64,000 nucleotides of DNA from an uncultured delta proteobacterium (GCA_963847445.1 CAWJZV010000003.1:59508-123507); one strand, 5' to 3'. Shown: positions 12,660 to 24,722, counted from the stretch's first letter. A program made the numbers and translations. The notes: a model not told the origin generated them from the letters alone.

Positions 12660-12693
12660 CCGGCCGTCCGCAGTCCCCGCTGCGGACGGCCGG
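12660..12693. terminator. GC-rich hairpin between convergent ftsZ and the pentapeptide-repeat gene
   Basis: cggccgtccgcag tccccg ctgcggacggccg, perfect 13-bp stem; no U-tract. Confidence 0.5.
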
Positions 12694-12851
12694 CTAGGGA
12701 TATCATGCCGAAAAGCCGGTGCGGAGGATTGTCACGAAGCTTGCCGCGGTGTAATGGCTGGCCAGCGTGCTGAAATCCGCATCTGGGTCGAACGGTTCGC
12801 GCGGCGCGGCATAGCGCGAATAGGGGAAAAGCCTGAGTCTCGCCTATCGGG

Positions 12852-13197
12852 CTATTTCAGGTAGCGCACACGGGTGCCATGGGTTACCGACAGGATGATT
12901 TCTTGCGCTCCGAGGTCCTTGGGAAAGAGCACGCCGGAAATCCGCGCGCTGTTGAAGCTGGCCCCTTCGATTAACGCTTGGGAGAGATCGACGCCGCGCA
13001 AATCGCTGTTGTGAAAATAACAGTTGCGGAAGTCGACGCTTTGGGCGTCGATGCCGCGCAGATCGAGGTGACGGAAGTCACAGTCGTTGAGCTTGACTCG
13101 ATCCGCTCTGGGCTTTGCGCTGGTTAAACTCCTTGACTTTGCCCTCGCGGAGTAATTGGTAAAGATCGTCCGGGTGGGTCAATGGTTTTAGCGCCAT
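12852..13197 (-). CDS. Pentapeptide repeat protein (about 115 aa); one frameshift, absent from the ORF track
   Basis: Manual translation: MALKPLTHPDDLYQLLREGKVKEFNQRKAQ / ...CDFRHLDLRGIDAQSVDFRNCYFHNSDLRGVDLSQALIEGASFNSARISG...GTRVRYLK*; RBS aagga upstream. Confidence 0.85.
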
Positions 13198-13257
13198 AAA
13201 AATTCCTTCCCTGAAGGATGGTAGCGGTAAATCCCACTACACAGGGTACGATCGGCA

Positions 13258-14346
13258 CTATTTAGACGATCTTAAACGCTGTTCCTGACGAAACCGTTCC
13301 AGCGCTAGACGAATCAGCCGGTCGATCAGCTTCGAGTAGGAAATCCCGCTCGCCTCCCACATTTTCGGATACATGCTGATCTTGGTGAAACCGGGGATGG
13401 TGTTGATCTCGTTGACCAGCACGCGGCCGTTGGCTTGCACGAAAAAATCAACTCTCGCCATGCCCTGGCAGCACAGCGCTTTGTACGCTCGGATCGCGGT
13501 TTGACGGATTTCCTTTATCACCTTGGCCGGCAGTTTGGCGGGAATTTCCAGGCGCGAGCCGTGAGCGTCGAGATACTTGGCATCGTAGGAATAGAAATCG
13601 CGATTGACAACGATTTCACCCGGTAGCGATGCGATCGGGTTGTCATTGCCGAGCACCGAACACTCGATCTCGCGGCCGGCGATGAACTCTTCGATGACGA
13701 TTTTGTTGTCGTAACGGAACGCCTCTTTGACCGCGGCGCTGAACTGGCTTGGCTTGGCTACCTTGCTGATGCCCACCGATGAGCCGAGATTGGCGGGCTT
13801 GACGAACAGCGGCATGCCGAGGGTGCGCTTGACCTCGGCGAAACTGATCTTGTCGGCGCGCTCGAACGCCATGAACTTGCCGATGGCGATGCCGGCGTCG
13901 CGCAACAACCGCTTCATCACATCTTTGTCCATGCCGACCGCGGAGCCCAACACACCGGCGCCGACAAACGGCAAGTTGGCGAGCTTCAACAAGCCTTGAA
14001 CCGTGCCATCCTCGCCAAACGGGCCATGCAGGATCGGAAAGACCACGTCGATACCGGCAAGTCCCCCTGCGCCGCCACGGCGTATCATCGGTGTCGCGGT
14101 CTTGCCCGGCATGATGGCCGCGGCATTCCTGGGGTCGCGAAATTCGACTGTCGCCTGTTCGCCGCCAAGGATCAGCCTGGCGCCCTCGTCGAGGTGCCAG
14201 CGACCTTGTTTGTCGATGCCGATGGCGACGATCTGGTATTTGTTTTTGTCCATCGCCGCGGCGATGTTGCGGGCGGAGATCAGCGAGATTTCATGTTCGG
14301 CGGATTTACCGCCGAAGAGCAGCGCGACGCGGAGTTTTTTCTTCAT
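13258..14346 (-). CDS. ddl: D-alanine--D-alanine ligase (long DdlA type)
   Basis: FGGKSAEHEIS, LHGPFGEDG, GSSVG, YSYDAKY, NEINTIPGFT. Confidence 0.97.
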   Translation of the reverse strand: MKKKLRVALLFGGKSAEHEISLISARNIAAAMDKNKYQIVAIGIDKQGRWHLDEGARLILGGEQATVEFRDPRNAAAIMPGKTATPMIRRGGAGGLAGIDVVFPILHGPFGEDGTVQGLLKLANLPFVGAGVLGSAVGMDKDVMKRLLRDAGIAIGKFMAFERADKISFAEVKRTLGMPLFVKPANLGSSVGISKVAKPSQFSAAVKEAFRYDNKIVIEEFIAGREIECSVLGNDNPIASLPGEIVVNRDFYSYDAKYLDAHGSRLEIPAKLPAKVIKEIRQTAIRAYKALCCQGMARVDFFVQANGRVLVNEINTIPGFTKISMYPKMWEASGISYSKLIDRLIRLALERFRQEQRLRSSK

Positions 14347-14368
14347 TCAACTATTTTACGCGAAGTCG

Positions 14369-14473
14369 GGTCGAGGATCGAGAAATAAAGACTAAGGGTC
14401 GAAGATGGAGGGTAGAAAGTCGAGGATGGAGGGGAGAGGATCTATCTTCGATCCTCCATCCTCGATCCTCGAC
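14369..14473. repeat. Inverted arrays of 7-bp units (GAGGATC/GAGGATG versus GATCCTC/CATCCTC)
   Basis: gtcgaggatcgag...gtcgaggatggagg / ctatcttcgatcctccatcctcgatcctcgac. Confidence 0.75.
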
Positions 14474-14486
14474 GTCTTGAACCAGT

Positions 14487-15671
14487 TTACGATTTCTTCG
14501 CGGGCGCTGCGGGAGCTTGCTGCTCGATAACTTTTACGACCTTGCCAGGATAGGACTGCTTGTCGAATTGCAGGACGAAATACTTGGCTTTAACCGGATC
14601 GCCCTTGCTGTCGAATTCAATCGGACCGGTGACGCCTTTGAAACCTTTAATATTGCGCACGGCGGTGGATACCTCGGCGCGGCTGGGTTTCTTATTCGGG
14701 TTAGCTTTGAGCCATTGCTCCATCGCTTTGATCCCCACCTGCGTGGCGTCGTAACCGTATAAGCCAAACGCTTCGACATCTTTGTTGAAGCGCTGTTTAT
14801 ACTTTTTCGCGAAGGCAGCGGTTTCAGGATACGCATCCGGCGGACCGGCGACGCTGGTGTAGTAACTGCCGACCACCGAGCTGCCGGCGATCTTGGCCAT
14901 TTCGGCCGAATCCAAACCGTCGGGTCCCATGAATTTGGCGTTGACGCCCTTTTCGCGCAATTGCTTTAGCAGCAGCCCGCCTTGATGATAGATGCCGCCG
15001 AAATAGACCAGCGCGGGATTCTTGGCTTTGAGCGGGTTGATCATCGGCGAGAAGTTGGCGCGCTCTTCGGTGCCTTCGAAGCCGAGTACATTGATGCCGA
15101 GCTTTTTCGCCTCGTTGCGGAAATTATCCGCCACGCCCTGGCCGTAAAGCGTCTTGTCGTGAATGATGTAGACCGATTTCGCTTTCAGCTCTTGCGCGGC
15201 GAAGCGCGCGCCGACCGGGCCTTGGACATCGTCGCGGCCGCAGACGCGATTCACATTCGGATAACCGCGGTCGGTGATCTCGGTGGCGGTATTGGCCGGT
15301 GAGATCATCGCCAGCATGGCGTCTTTGTAAACTTCGGACGCCGGCAGCGCGACGCCGGAGTTAAAATGTCCAACAATCACCAAGACTTCAGGGTCGGCGA
15401 CCATGTTGCGCGCGTTGGCGACGCCGACTTCCGGTTTCGCTTGGTCGTCCTGGGGCACCAGCACGAGATCGTAGCCCAGCGCTTTGAACGCCTTGACCGA
15501 TTCCTCGACGGCGAGCTGCGCGCCGAGTTTGATATGCTCGCCGAGCGCGGCCTGCTCGCCCGAGAGCGGCGCCTGCACGGCGATCTTGATTTTACCTTTT
15601 TGTGCCCACGAAGTTGCCGGCAACGCGGCAAGCAGCGCGAGCATGAAAACTAAGAACGATCTTTTCGCCAC
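14487..15671 (-). CDS. Branched-chain amino acid ABC transporter substrate-binding protein (LivK/LivJ family)
   Basis: Signal peptide ending SWA-Q, GHFNSG, ISPANT, HDKTLYGQG, MGPDG; GTG start after aaggag RBS. Confidence 0.9.
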   Translation of the reverse strand: MAKRSFLVFMLALLAALPATSWAQKGKIKIAVQAPLSGEQAALGEHIKLGAQLAVEESVKAFKALGYDLVLVPQDDQAKPEVGVANARNMVADPEVLVIVGHFNSGVALPASEVYKDAMLAMISPANTATEITDRGYPNVNRVCGRDDVQGPVGARFAAQELKAKSVYIIHDKTLYGQGVADNFRNEAKKLGINVLGFEGTEERANFSPMINPLKAKNPALVYFGGIYHQGGLLLKQLREKGVNAKFMGPDGLDSAEMAKIAGSSVVGSYYTSVAGPPDAYPETAAFAKKYKQRFNKDVEAFGLYGYDATQVGIKAMEQWLKANPNKKPSRAEVSTAVRNIKGFKGVTGPIEFDSKGDPVKAKYFVLQFDKQSYPGKVVKVIEQQAPAAPAKKS

Positions 15672-15986
15672 GGCAGATAGTCTCCTTACAGTTGGAATGG
15701 TCGGACGATAACAAATAGTGGCTGCGGGCGCCACCAAATTGCTACTTGGCGCTCGGGCGCCGCTGGGATGCCAAAGCGCGTTGGCACGATGTCAAAGCGG
15801 CGTCGGTCGCGCAGCGCCAAGCCGGAGATCGTTTTGTCGGGACAAGACGGCGCAGTTCGTCGCGGCAATCGGTTATTTGCCGCAGGACGCGATGCGGTTC
15901 TGGATATTAATTGTCGATGTTTGGCGCGCCTCTGAGCGGCACCTTGCAAGCCTCGCCGAGCTGGGGTCGAGGAAAAAGATCGGTAA

Positions 15987-17030
15987 TCAGATCGGCGCCT
16001 CTTGGGTTACCACGCTTAGATTTATTTTCCGCGATTGGCGTAGCAGCGCGACATTGCACCGCAACCCGATGCGCGCGTCGGTGAGTAAACGATGCAGATC
16101 GTCGATGCCACGCACCGGGTGGTCGTCGAGGGCGACGATAATGTCGCCGACTCGGAGCTCGCCACGCTCTGCGGGGCCGCTCGGCTCCACCGAGATCAAC
16201 AGCACACCGGTTTGATGTTGGAGCTGCTGCGCCCGAGCGACGGCGCGTGGGATATCCACGTTCTGGCCGCCAACGCCGAGATAAGCGCGGCGAATTCGGC
16301 CATTCTGAATCAACTGTCCGACGACGAACTTCGCCGTGTTGATCGCTACCGCGAAACAGATTCCCTGCGCCGGCAGAATGACGGCGGTGTTTACGCCGAT
16401 GACTTCACCTCGTGAATTGACCAGCGGTCCGCCAGAGTTGCCGGGATTGAGCGCGGCGTCGGTTTGGATGACATTGTCGATCAAGCGTCCCGATACCGAG
16501 CGCAGCGAACGACCGAGGGCGCTGACGACGCCGGCCGTGACACTACACTGAAAGCCGTAGGGGTTACCGATGGCAATCGCCATTTGACCGACCCGAGTTT
16601 TTTCCGAATCGCCCAGTGGGACGGCGCTAAGATTTTGCGCCGATATGCGGATGACGGCAAGATCGCTGCTCGGATCGTCGCCGACGATGGTGGCGCTAAG
16701 ATGCCGACCGTCGTTCAAGGCAACGTCAAGTTTGCCGGCGCCGTGGACGACATGGCTATTGGTCAAGATCAGCCCGTCCGGCGTGAAGATAAAACCCGAG
16801 CCGCTGCCGCGCATTGCGCGTGGCTCTTTGCTTGGCCGGTGTCTCGATGAATGGTGCTCCTTGGTGACTTCGATGAACGTAACCGCGGGGCTGATACTTT
16901 CGGCGGCTGCGACGACGGCTTGAGAATAGGCGTCGAGGAGTTCGCCGTCGCGGCTGGCGATGTCGCGCGCACCGGCGCCAACCGTGCCGTTGGCTTGATT
17001 CTCGACGAGCTTGAGCGCGGGTTGTAACAT
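15987..17030 (-). CDS. HtrA/DegP-family serine protease with one PDZ domain
   Basis: GSGSGFI, TNSHVV, DLAV, TDAALNPGNSGGPL; C-terminal PDZ. Confidence 0.93.
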   Translation of the reverse strand: MLQPALKLVENQANGTVGAGARDIASRDGELLDAYSQAVVAAAESISPAVTFIEVTKEHHSSRHRPSKEPRAMRGSGSGFIFTPDGLILTNSHVVHGAGKLDVALNDGRHLSATIVGDDPSSDLAVIRISAQNLSAVPLGDSEKTRVGQMAIAIGNPYGFQCSVTAGVVSALGRSLRSVSGRLIDNVIQTDAALNPGNSGGPLVNSRGEVIGVNTAVILPAQGICFAVAINTAKFVVGQLIQNGRIRRAYLGVGGQNVDIPRAVARAQQLQHQTGVLLISVEPSGPAERGELRVGDIIVALDDHPVRGIDDLHRLLTDARIGLRCNVALLRQSRKINLSVVTQEAPI

Positions 17031-17137
17031 GGCGGTTCCTTTCTCACCTCTGGTGCGAAGCTAATCACGAGCGCAATGCTTGTTAAGTACGCACCCGCCG
17101 GTGCTATAGTACCCAAAGAGTAACCGAGGAGCTGGCG

Positions 17138-17476
17138 ATGAAAGCGAACGCGACAAAATGTCCGGCGGAGTTTACCCTGGCGATGATCGGCGGGCGATGG
17201 AAGATCCCCATCGTTTTTCATTTGTTAGCCGGGCGCAAGCGGTTTTCGGATCTAGCGCGCGCCTTGACCGGGGTGTCGCAAAAAATGCTCACCCAGCAGC
17301 TGCGCGAAATGGCACGCGACGGTCTGGTGACGCGGCAAGTTTATCCGCAGGTGCCGCCCAAGGTGGAGTATTCCCTCACCGATTTGGGTGCGAGCCTGCG
17401 GCCGGTGGTCGAAGCGATGTGCCGCTGGGGTGAAGCCCATGGGGTACGGCACGAGGTTCGGGAAGCCAGCCTATGA
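17138..17476 (+). CDS. HxlR-family transcriptional regulator
   Basis: CPAEFTLAMIGGRWK, SQKMLTQQLRE, YPQVPPKVEYSLT. Confidence 0.93.
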   Translation: MKANATKCPAEFTLAMIGGRWKIPIVFHLLAGRKRFSDLARALTGVSQKMLTQQLREMARDGLVTRQVYPQVPPKVEYSLTDLGASLRPVVEAMCRWGEAHGVRHEVREASL

Positions 17477-17865
17477 TCATCAGCACGGGAATCGATCTTG
17501 CGGAAGTGGATCGCATCCAGGCGGCCATCGAGCACCCGCGCATCGGCCGGCGCTTTCGCGAGCGCGTGTTCACTGCCAGTGAGATCGCTTACTGCGAAAA
17601 AAAACAGCGCGGCAAGTACGAGAGCTACGCCGGACGCTTCGCGGCTAAAGAAGCGGTGATGAAGGCGCTCGGGCGCGGCTGGGGTGCCAAAGTGCGTTGG
17701 CTCGATATCGAAGTGGCGCGGGCGCGCAGCGGCAAGCCGGAGATTGTTTTGCACGACAAGACGGCGCAGCTCGCCGCCGAGCTGGGCATTCGCCGTTGGG
17801 CGCTGTCGATTACCCATACCAAGCAGCATGGCCTGGCTTCTGTGATTGCCGAGGACGATGGGTGA
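17473..17865 (+). CDS. acpS: Holo-ACP synthase
   Basis: GIDLAEVDRI, GRFAAKEAVMKALG, LSITH. Confidence 0.95.
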   Translation: MIISTGIDLAEVDRIQAAIEHPRIGRRFRERVFTASEIAYCEKKQRGKYESYAGRFAAKEAVMKALGRGWGAKVRWLDIEVARARSGKPEIVLHDKTAQLAAELGIRRWALSITHTKQHGLASVIAEDDG

Positions 17866-18179
17866 GAGGAATAGGTTCACCACGAAGGTTACGGAGACCG
17901 AAGATTTCGGCAACTAAGCTCCAGCTGCGGCTCATCGCGCAAAGCTCGAAAAGATCGTAATGGTGATCTGGTAAAGAATCGCACCGAAGTTCCGCATCCG
18001 CAAAGCGGGTATCCAGGCTTTCGGCGGGAACACCGGATTCCCGTCTGCGCGGAATTGACGATTCGACGAGATTTGCGTGGCCGGGTCCACTTTTCAGGTC
18101 TGTTGACGAGCGTAGGCGCATGAACATTCTCGTGAAATCCGAGTTTCGGCAAGCGCGCTGGCCTCGTGGGACAGAATCT

Positions 18180-18422
18180 CTAGTTGCCGCGGGATTTTTT
18201 CGCCGGCAGCAGGAACAGCGCGCCGAGGGCCCAGATGCCGCAGACTAGTCCGCTGACAGACCAGAGAAATTTATCGCGGCCGTTGTGATTGGCGACGACG
18301 CCGCAAAGAATCGCATCGAGACTATGGACGAGCGCGACGGTGGGCCATAGCGATGCCGGCTCCATGTCCGGTTTAATGAACAGGAGTCCGCTGACATATC
18401 CGACGAGATGATAGAAATCCAC
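18180..18422 (-). CDS. Small membrane protein, unknown function
   Basis: 80 aa with 2-3 hydrophobic segments and a basic tail. Confidence 0.6.
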   Translation of the reverse strand: MDFYHLVGYVSGLLFIKPDMEPASLWPTVALVHSLDAILCGVVANHNGRDKFLWSVSGLVCGIWALGALFLLPAKKSRGN

Positions 18423-18431
18423 GAGCTGCTC

Positions 18432-18461
18432 TTGACGCTTCCTTTGGTCCGTTAATATACT
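18432..18461 (+). promoter_or_regulatory. Putative sigma70 promoter for mtnA
   Basis: TTGACG-18 bp-TATACT upstream of the GTG at 18488. Confidence 0.45.
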
Positions 18462-18487
18462 CGGTCTCCCGTGAATTGGAACTAAGC

Positions 18488-19505
<1,018 letters not shown>

Positions 19506-19519
<14 letters not shown>

Positions 19520-20849
19520 AAAACCCGAAGAACTCGAAGCCTACTTTCAGACCGCCGGCAAACCGCGCGAACGCTGGCGCGTCGGCACCGAGTACGAAAA
19601 AGTCGGCGTCGACCGGAGCACCGGCCAGGCGATTCCATACTTCGGTCCACGCGGCGTCGATCGCATCCTGCGGGAAATGATCGAGCGTTACGGCTGGGAG
19701 CCGGAAGAGCAAAACGGCAACATCATCGCGCTCAGCCGCGATCGGACGCAGATCACTCTCGAACCGGGCGGCCAGATCGAGCTCAGCGGCGAGCCCTGCG
19801 ATAGCATTCACTGCACCTATGCCGAATTCAACCAACATATCCGCGAACTGTTAGAGGTCTGCGAGCCTCTCGGCATCGTTTTTCTCGGTCTCGGCATGCA
19901 GCCGGTCAGCCGCTTGGACGAGATTCAGTGGGTGCCGAAGAAACGCTACGGCATCATGGGGCCGTATATGCCGACCGTCGGCACCTTCGGCCAGCGCATG
20001 ATGAAGCAGACCGCCACGGTGCAGGCCAATATCGATTTCCTCGACGAGACCGACGCCATGCTGAAGTTTCGCACCGGCATGGGACTGGCGCCGGTGCTCA
20101 TCGCCATGTTCGCCAACTCACCGATCTGCGACGGCCAGGTGAACGGCTACCGCAGCTACCGCGAACATATCTGGACCGACACCGACAAGAGCCGGCAAGG
20201 CTTGCTGAAATTCGCCTTCGCGCCGGAAGCGTCCTTCGCCCACTATGTCGAGTATGCCCTCGACGTGCCGATGTACTTCATCATTCGCCACCACGACTAT
20301 ATCAACATGACCGGCGTGACCTTTCGCCAGTATTTGCAGTATGGCCACAACGGCGAGCGCGCCACCGTCGAAGATTGGGCCGATCACCTGACCACGCTGT
20401 TTCCCGAGACGCGCATCAAACGCTACATCGAAGTCCGCTCCGTCGACAGCCAGCCGCCGGAACTGATGCCGGCGCTGTCGGCGCTGATCAAAGGCGCCTT
20501 CTATGATAACGACTGCTTGCTGGCGGCGTGGGATCTGGTCAAAGGCTGGACTTGGGACGAGCGCAACGAAGTTTATCTCGATTCCCATGCCAACGCGCTG
20601 GCGGCACGTTTCCGGCGCCATACCCTGCTCGATCTCGCCAAGGAGTTTTTGGAAATCGCCGCGGAAGGATTGCGCCGGCAGCATGTTGTCAACGACGTGG
20701 GTAACGATGAAACGATTTATCTCGAACCGCTCAAGACTCTCTTGTCCCAAGGCAAGTGTCCAGCCGATGTGATTTTAGAAAAATGGCAGGGCGAGCTGCA
20801 CCGTGATGTCAGAAAATTGATCGACTTCACTGCTTACAAGCTGCCGTGA
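19506..20849 (+). CDS. gshA: Glutamate--cysteine ligase (GCS2 family, plant/alphaproteobacterial type)
   Basis: GTEYEK, LEPGGQIELSG, TATVQANID, FANSP, DHLTTLFPETRIKRYIEVR. Confidence 0.85.
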
Positions 20850-20880
20850 ATTTCGTGCAAAGTGAGTTCTGATTCTTTTC

Positions 20881-21021
20881 CGTCATTCCGGCGTAGGCCG
20901 GAATCCAGACCCATCATCCACCTGGATACCGTTGACTTCAACGGTATGACGGACACGGTTCGTGCACCTGGCTGCCCGCCGGAGTTTATCCGAAGACACT
21001 GTCGAAGAACCGGCATGACAA
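20881..21021. repeat. Composite CGTC-type REP cluster between convergent genes
   Basis: cgtcattccggcgtaggccggaatccag plus two further units; reverse complement of 56722-56858. Confidence 0.8.
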
Positions 21022-21046
21022 ACGGTAGGGGTTCGCCGGTCAGAAA

Positions 21047-22133
21047 TTATCCCCGGTTCAGACCAAATGTCACACTGAGTAACTCTCGGTGGTTCAACCT
21101 CTCCAGCCGCGCCGTGATTTCGTTCTCGGCCACGCCGGTGAAGCGCGTCAGATATCGCCGCTTGAGTTGCCGTGACCCGCCGGTAGCTTGCTTCGACGCG
21201 CGCGCGCACCGACGCGTCGCGGTCCGCTTCATCGCAGAGAAATTCAAAGGCGACGACGGCTTGGTCGATCTCATGGCAGAACAGCAGGACATCGACGCCG
21301 GCGCGGATTGCCAGGGCGGTGGCCTCTTCAACGCCGTAGCGGTCGCTGATCGCCCGCATGGCTAAATCGTCGCTGAAAATTACCCCGTCAAAACCCAACT
21401 GGTGGCGTAGCAGACCGGTGACGATCGCTTCGGACAGAGTCGCCGGCAGTTTCGCATCGAGCGCCGGATAGACGACATGGGCGGTCATCAACGCTTCAAT
21501 TTGATTTCGGCAAGCTTCGGCGAAGGGCGGCAGTTCGGTGGCCTGAATCTCCGCCAGCGACTTGCGCACCAGGGGCAACTCAAAGTGCGAATCTTTGTCG
21601 GTGTCGCCATGGCCGGGAAAATGTTTGCCGCAGGGAATGATGCCGCCATCGCGCAGCCCGTTGGTCCAGGCCGAGGCGATTTCGATCACGCCCAGGGGTT
21701 CGGCGGCGAAGGCGCGGTCGCCGATGATCGGACTTTGCCGGTTCGACTGGACATCGAGCACCGGCGCGAAGTTTAAATTTATGCCCGCCAGCGTCAGCTC
21801 CGCCGCAGTCGCCCGGCCCAGCCGGTAGGCCAGTTCGGGATCGTTGCGCGCGCCGATGCGCGCAGCGGCGGGGAAATGGCTGAACGGCGCCGGCAGCCGA
21901 TGGACGCGGCCGCCTTCCTGGTCGATGGCGATGAAGGGCGGCACGCCATCGAAGGATTCCCAGATGGCGCGGCATAAGGATACCAGCTGCGCCGGCGCGC
22001 CGCAGTTATGCTTGAACAGGATGAGGCCGGCGAACTGATACTCTTCGATCAGCAACCGTTCGTCGCTAGTGAGAGCGTCACTTTGACAGCCGACAAGAAA
22101 CAGTTGGCCGATTTTTTGCCGTAATGGGTTCAT
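21047..22133 (-). CDS. nagZ: Beta-N-acetylhexosaminidase (GH3); frameshift near 21170
   Basis: AIDQEGGRV, NFAPVLDV, KHFPGHGDTDKDSH, SDDLAM. Confidence 0.93.
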
Positions 22134-22192
22134 ATCGCTGTGTCATTATAACCTAGACAAGCTTTCGACCAACGTGTAAATTCATTCATTCC

Positions 22193-22837
22193 ATGGCGGC
22201 CAAGGCGAAATACATAGTGGTCGAAGGGCCGATCGGTGTGGGCAAGACCAGTCTGGCCAGGATTCTCGCCGACGAGTTTCAGTCGCGCCGGCTCTTCGAG
22301 CGGGTCGAAGACAATCCGTTTTTGGCGAAGTTCTACCAGTCGCGGGAGACCTACGCCTTCCAAAACCAGACGTTCTTTCTGTTGAGCCGTTATCGCCAGC
22401 AGACCGAGCTCGGGCAGCAGGATTTATTCACCGAGGGCACGGTTTCGGACTATCTGTTTGCCAAGGACCAGATCTTCGCCGCTTTGACGCTGAGCAGCGA
22501 GGAGTTGAATCTTTACCAGCAAATCTACGCGCTATTGAATACCCGCGTGCCTAAGCCCGATTTAGTCGTTTATCTCCAGGCGCGCCCGGAGGTGCTTTAC
22601 AAGCGGGTTAAAAAGAGGGATAAAAAATACGAGAAAAGCGTCACTTTCGAATACCTGACCGAAGTAGCCCAGGCGTATAACCAGTTTTTTTTCCATTACG
22701 ACGAGACGCCGCTGCTGGTGGTGAATACTTCGGAGATCGATTTCGTTGCAAGCAGCAAGGATCTGGCTGACTTGATCAAGGAAATCAACGGCATGGGATC
22801 GGGGACGCAACATTATATACCGCTTGGATCCAGGTAG
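22193..22837 (+). CDS. Deoxynucleoside kinase (dAK/dGK family)
   Basis: VVEGPIGVGKTSL P-loop, NPFLAKFY, FFLLSRYRQ, PDLVVYLQA. Confidence 0.92.
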   Translation: MAAKAKYIVVEGPIGVGKTSLARILADEFQSRRLFERVEDNPFLAKFYQSRETYAFQNQTFFLLSRYRQQTELGQQDLFTEGTVSDYLFAKDQIFAALTLSSEELNLYQQIYALLNTRVPKPDLVVYLQARPEVLYKRVKKRDKKYEKSVTFEYLTEVAQAYNQFFFHYDETPLLVVNTSEIDFVASSKDLADLIKEINGMGSGTQHYIPLGSR

Positions 22838-22838
22838 T

Positions 22839-22938
22839 CTGGACCGAGACGGATGCCAAAAGGCGCTGGTTACGGAGAGTTAAGCGGCTCTCCGGTTAGT
22901 TATTGGCCTTCCGGCTCGGTCTGGAGGGCTTTTTTTTT
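22839..22938 (+). promoter_or_regulatory. Leader RNA with terminator/antiterminator upstream of panB (pan RNA motif-like)
   Basis: Terminator gccttcc...ggagggc plus T9; ggaccgagacgga (22841-22853) is complementary to tccggctcggtct inside the terminator; inner stem cggagag/ctctccg. Confidence 0.7.
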
Positions 22939-22950
22939 GGAGGGTAGATC

Positions 22951-23754
22951 ATGGGCGACAAGATCACCGTACCGCATATAGTGAAAATGAAGCAGCGTGG
23001 CGAGAAGATCACCTGCCTGACCGCTTACGACTATTCCTTCGCGCGAATTCTCGACGAAGCTGGCGTCGAGATGCTGTTGGTCGGCGACTCCCTGGGCTGT
23101 GTCGTCCAGGGCGGCGCCAATACTCTCGCCGTCACCATGGACGAGATGATCTACCACACCCGCCTGGTGGTGCGCGGGTGTAAGCGCGCTCTGGTCATCG
23201 GCGATATGCCGTTCATGTCCTATCAGATCGGCAAGGACGAGGCGCTGCGCAACGCCGGGCGCTTTTTCAAGGAAGCCGGCGCCGAGGCGATCAAGCTCGA
23301 AGGCGGCGTCGCGGTGCAAGAATCGATTCGCGCCATCGTCGACGCCGGCATGCCGGTGATGGGCCATGTCGGCCTGACACCGCAGTCGGTGCACCAGTTC
23401 GGCGGCTATAAAATTCAGGGCCGTGATAAAGAGCGGCGCGAAGCAGTGCTGCGCGACGCCGTCGCGGTGGCGGAGGCCGGTGCGTTTGCCGTGGTCTTGG
23501 AAGGCATCCCTCAAGACTTAGCCGGCGAGATTTCCGAGCGCTTAGCCATTCCAACCATTGGCATCGGCGCCGGCCTGCAATGCGACGGGCAGGTGCTGGT
23601 GATCCACGATATGCTCGGCTTGTTTGACGACTTCGTGCCGAAATTCGTCAAACGCTATGCCGACGTGAAGCAAACCATGCTCGGCGCGGTGAAAGAATTT
23701 GTCGGTGAAGTTAAAGAGCGCAAGTTTCCGGCGGAGGAACATTCGTTTAAGTAA
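22951..23754 (+). CDS. panB: 3-methyl-2-oxobutanoate hydroxymethyltransferase
   Basis: [46 protein letters not shown]. Confidence 0.97.
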   Translation: MGDKITVPHIVKMKQRGEKITCLTAYDYSFARILDEAGVEMLLVGDSLGCVVQGGANTLAVTMDEMIYHTRLVVRGCKRALVIGDMPFMSYQIGKDEALRNAGRFFKEAGAEAIKLEGGVAVQESIRAIVDAGMPVMGHVGLTPQSVHQFGGYKIQGRDKERREAVLRDAVAVAEAGAFAVVLEGIPQDLAGEISERLAIPTIGIGAGLQCDGQVLVIHDMLGLFDDFVPKFVKRYADVKQTMLGAVKEFVGEVKERKFPAEEHSFK

Positions 23755-23756
23755 GA

Positions 23757-23841
23757 ATGGGAGTGATGGAGTAGTGGAATAATGGAGTGATGGGTAGTTC
23801 GGATTCCGGATTTACCAATACTCCCTCACTCCATTACTCCA
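23757..23841. repeat. Inverted 8-bp tandem arrays, same family as 8198-8284
   Basis: gggagtga tggagtag tggaataa tggagtga ... ccaatact ccctcact ccattact cca. Confidence 0.8.
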
Positions 23842-23864
23842 ATTCAGGGCCCCCATTGGTTTTT

Positions 23865-24711
23865 ATGCAGATCATCGAACAGATTGCCGCTATGCGGGCT
23901 TGGAGCGCGGGCGAGCGGCGCCTGGAGCGGCGCATCGTTTTTGTCCCGACCATGGGGTCGCTGCACGAGGGCCATCTCTGTCTGGTGCGCGATGCCAGGA
24001 CCAGGGGCGATCGCGTGGTGGTTTCGATCTTCGTCAACCCGATGCAGTTCGGCCCGAGCGAGGACTTCGCCAAGTATCCGCGCGATCTGCAGCGCGACCG
24101 GGCGCTGCTCGAGAGCCTCGGCATCGATGTGCTATTTCATCCGACCGTGGCGGAGATTTATCCCGACGGCTATCAGACGCACATCGAAGTGGAAAACTTG
24201 AGCGTGCCGCTCTGCGGCATGGTGCGCCCCGGCCATTTCCGCGGCGTCGCCACGGTGGTCGCGAAGCTTTTCAATATCGTTCAGCCCCATGTGGCGATCT
24301 TCGGTGAGAAAGATTTTCAGCAGCTTCAGGTGGTGCGCCGCCTGGTGTGCGATTTAAGCATGGACATCGAGATCGTCGGCCATCCGATCGTGCGCGAAGC
24401 CGACGGTCTGGCGATGAGCTCGCGCAACGCTTATCTGACTCCGGCAGAACGGCGCGCCGCCGTCTGTTTATCGCGTGCCTTGTGCAAGGCGGAAAAGCTG
24501 GCGCGGCGCGGCGAGGTTACAAGCCGCAGCATTGCTCCATGCAGTCAGCGCGGCGATCGCGCAGGAACCCTTGGCGCAAATCGAATACGCCAAGCTCTGC
24601 GATCCCGAATCGCTCCATGAAGTCGATCAGTTGCAGGGTGCGGCGGTGCTCGCCTTAGCGGTGCGTTTCGGCCGGGCGCGGTTGATCGACAACCGGGTGA
24701 TCAAGAATTAG
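23865..24711 (+). CDS. panC: Pantoate--beta-alanine ligase; frameshift near 24525
   Basis: [49 protein letters not shown]. Confidence 0.96.
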
Positions 24712-24722
24712 CCGACAATAAT

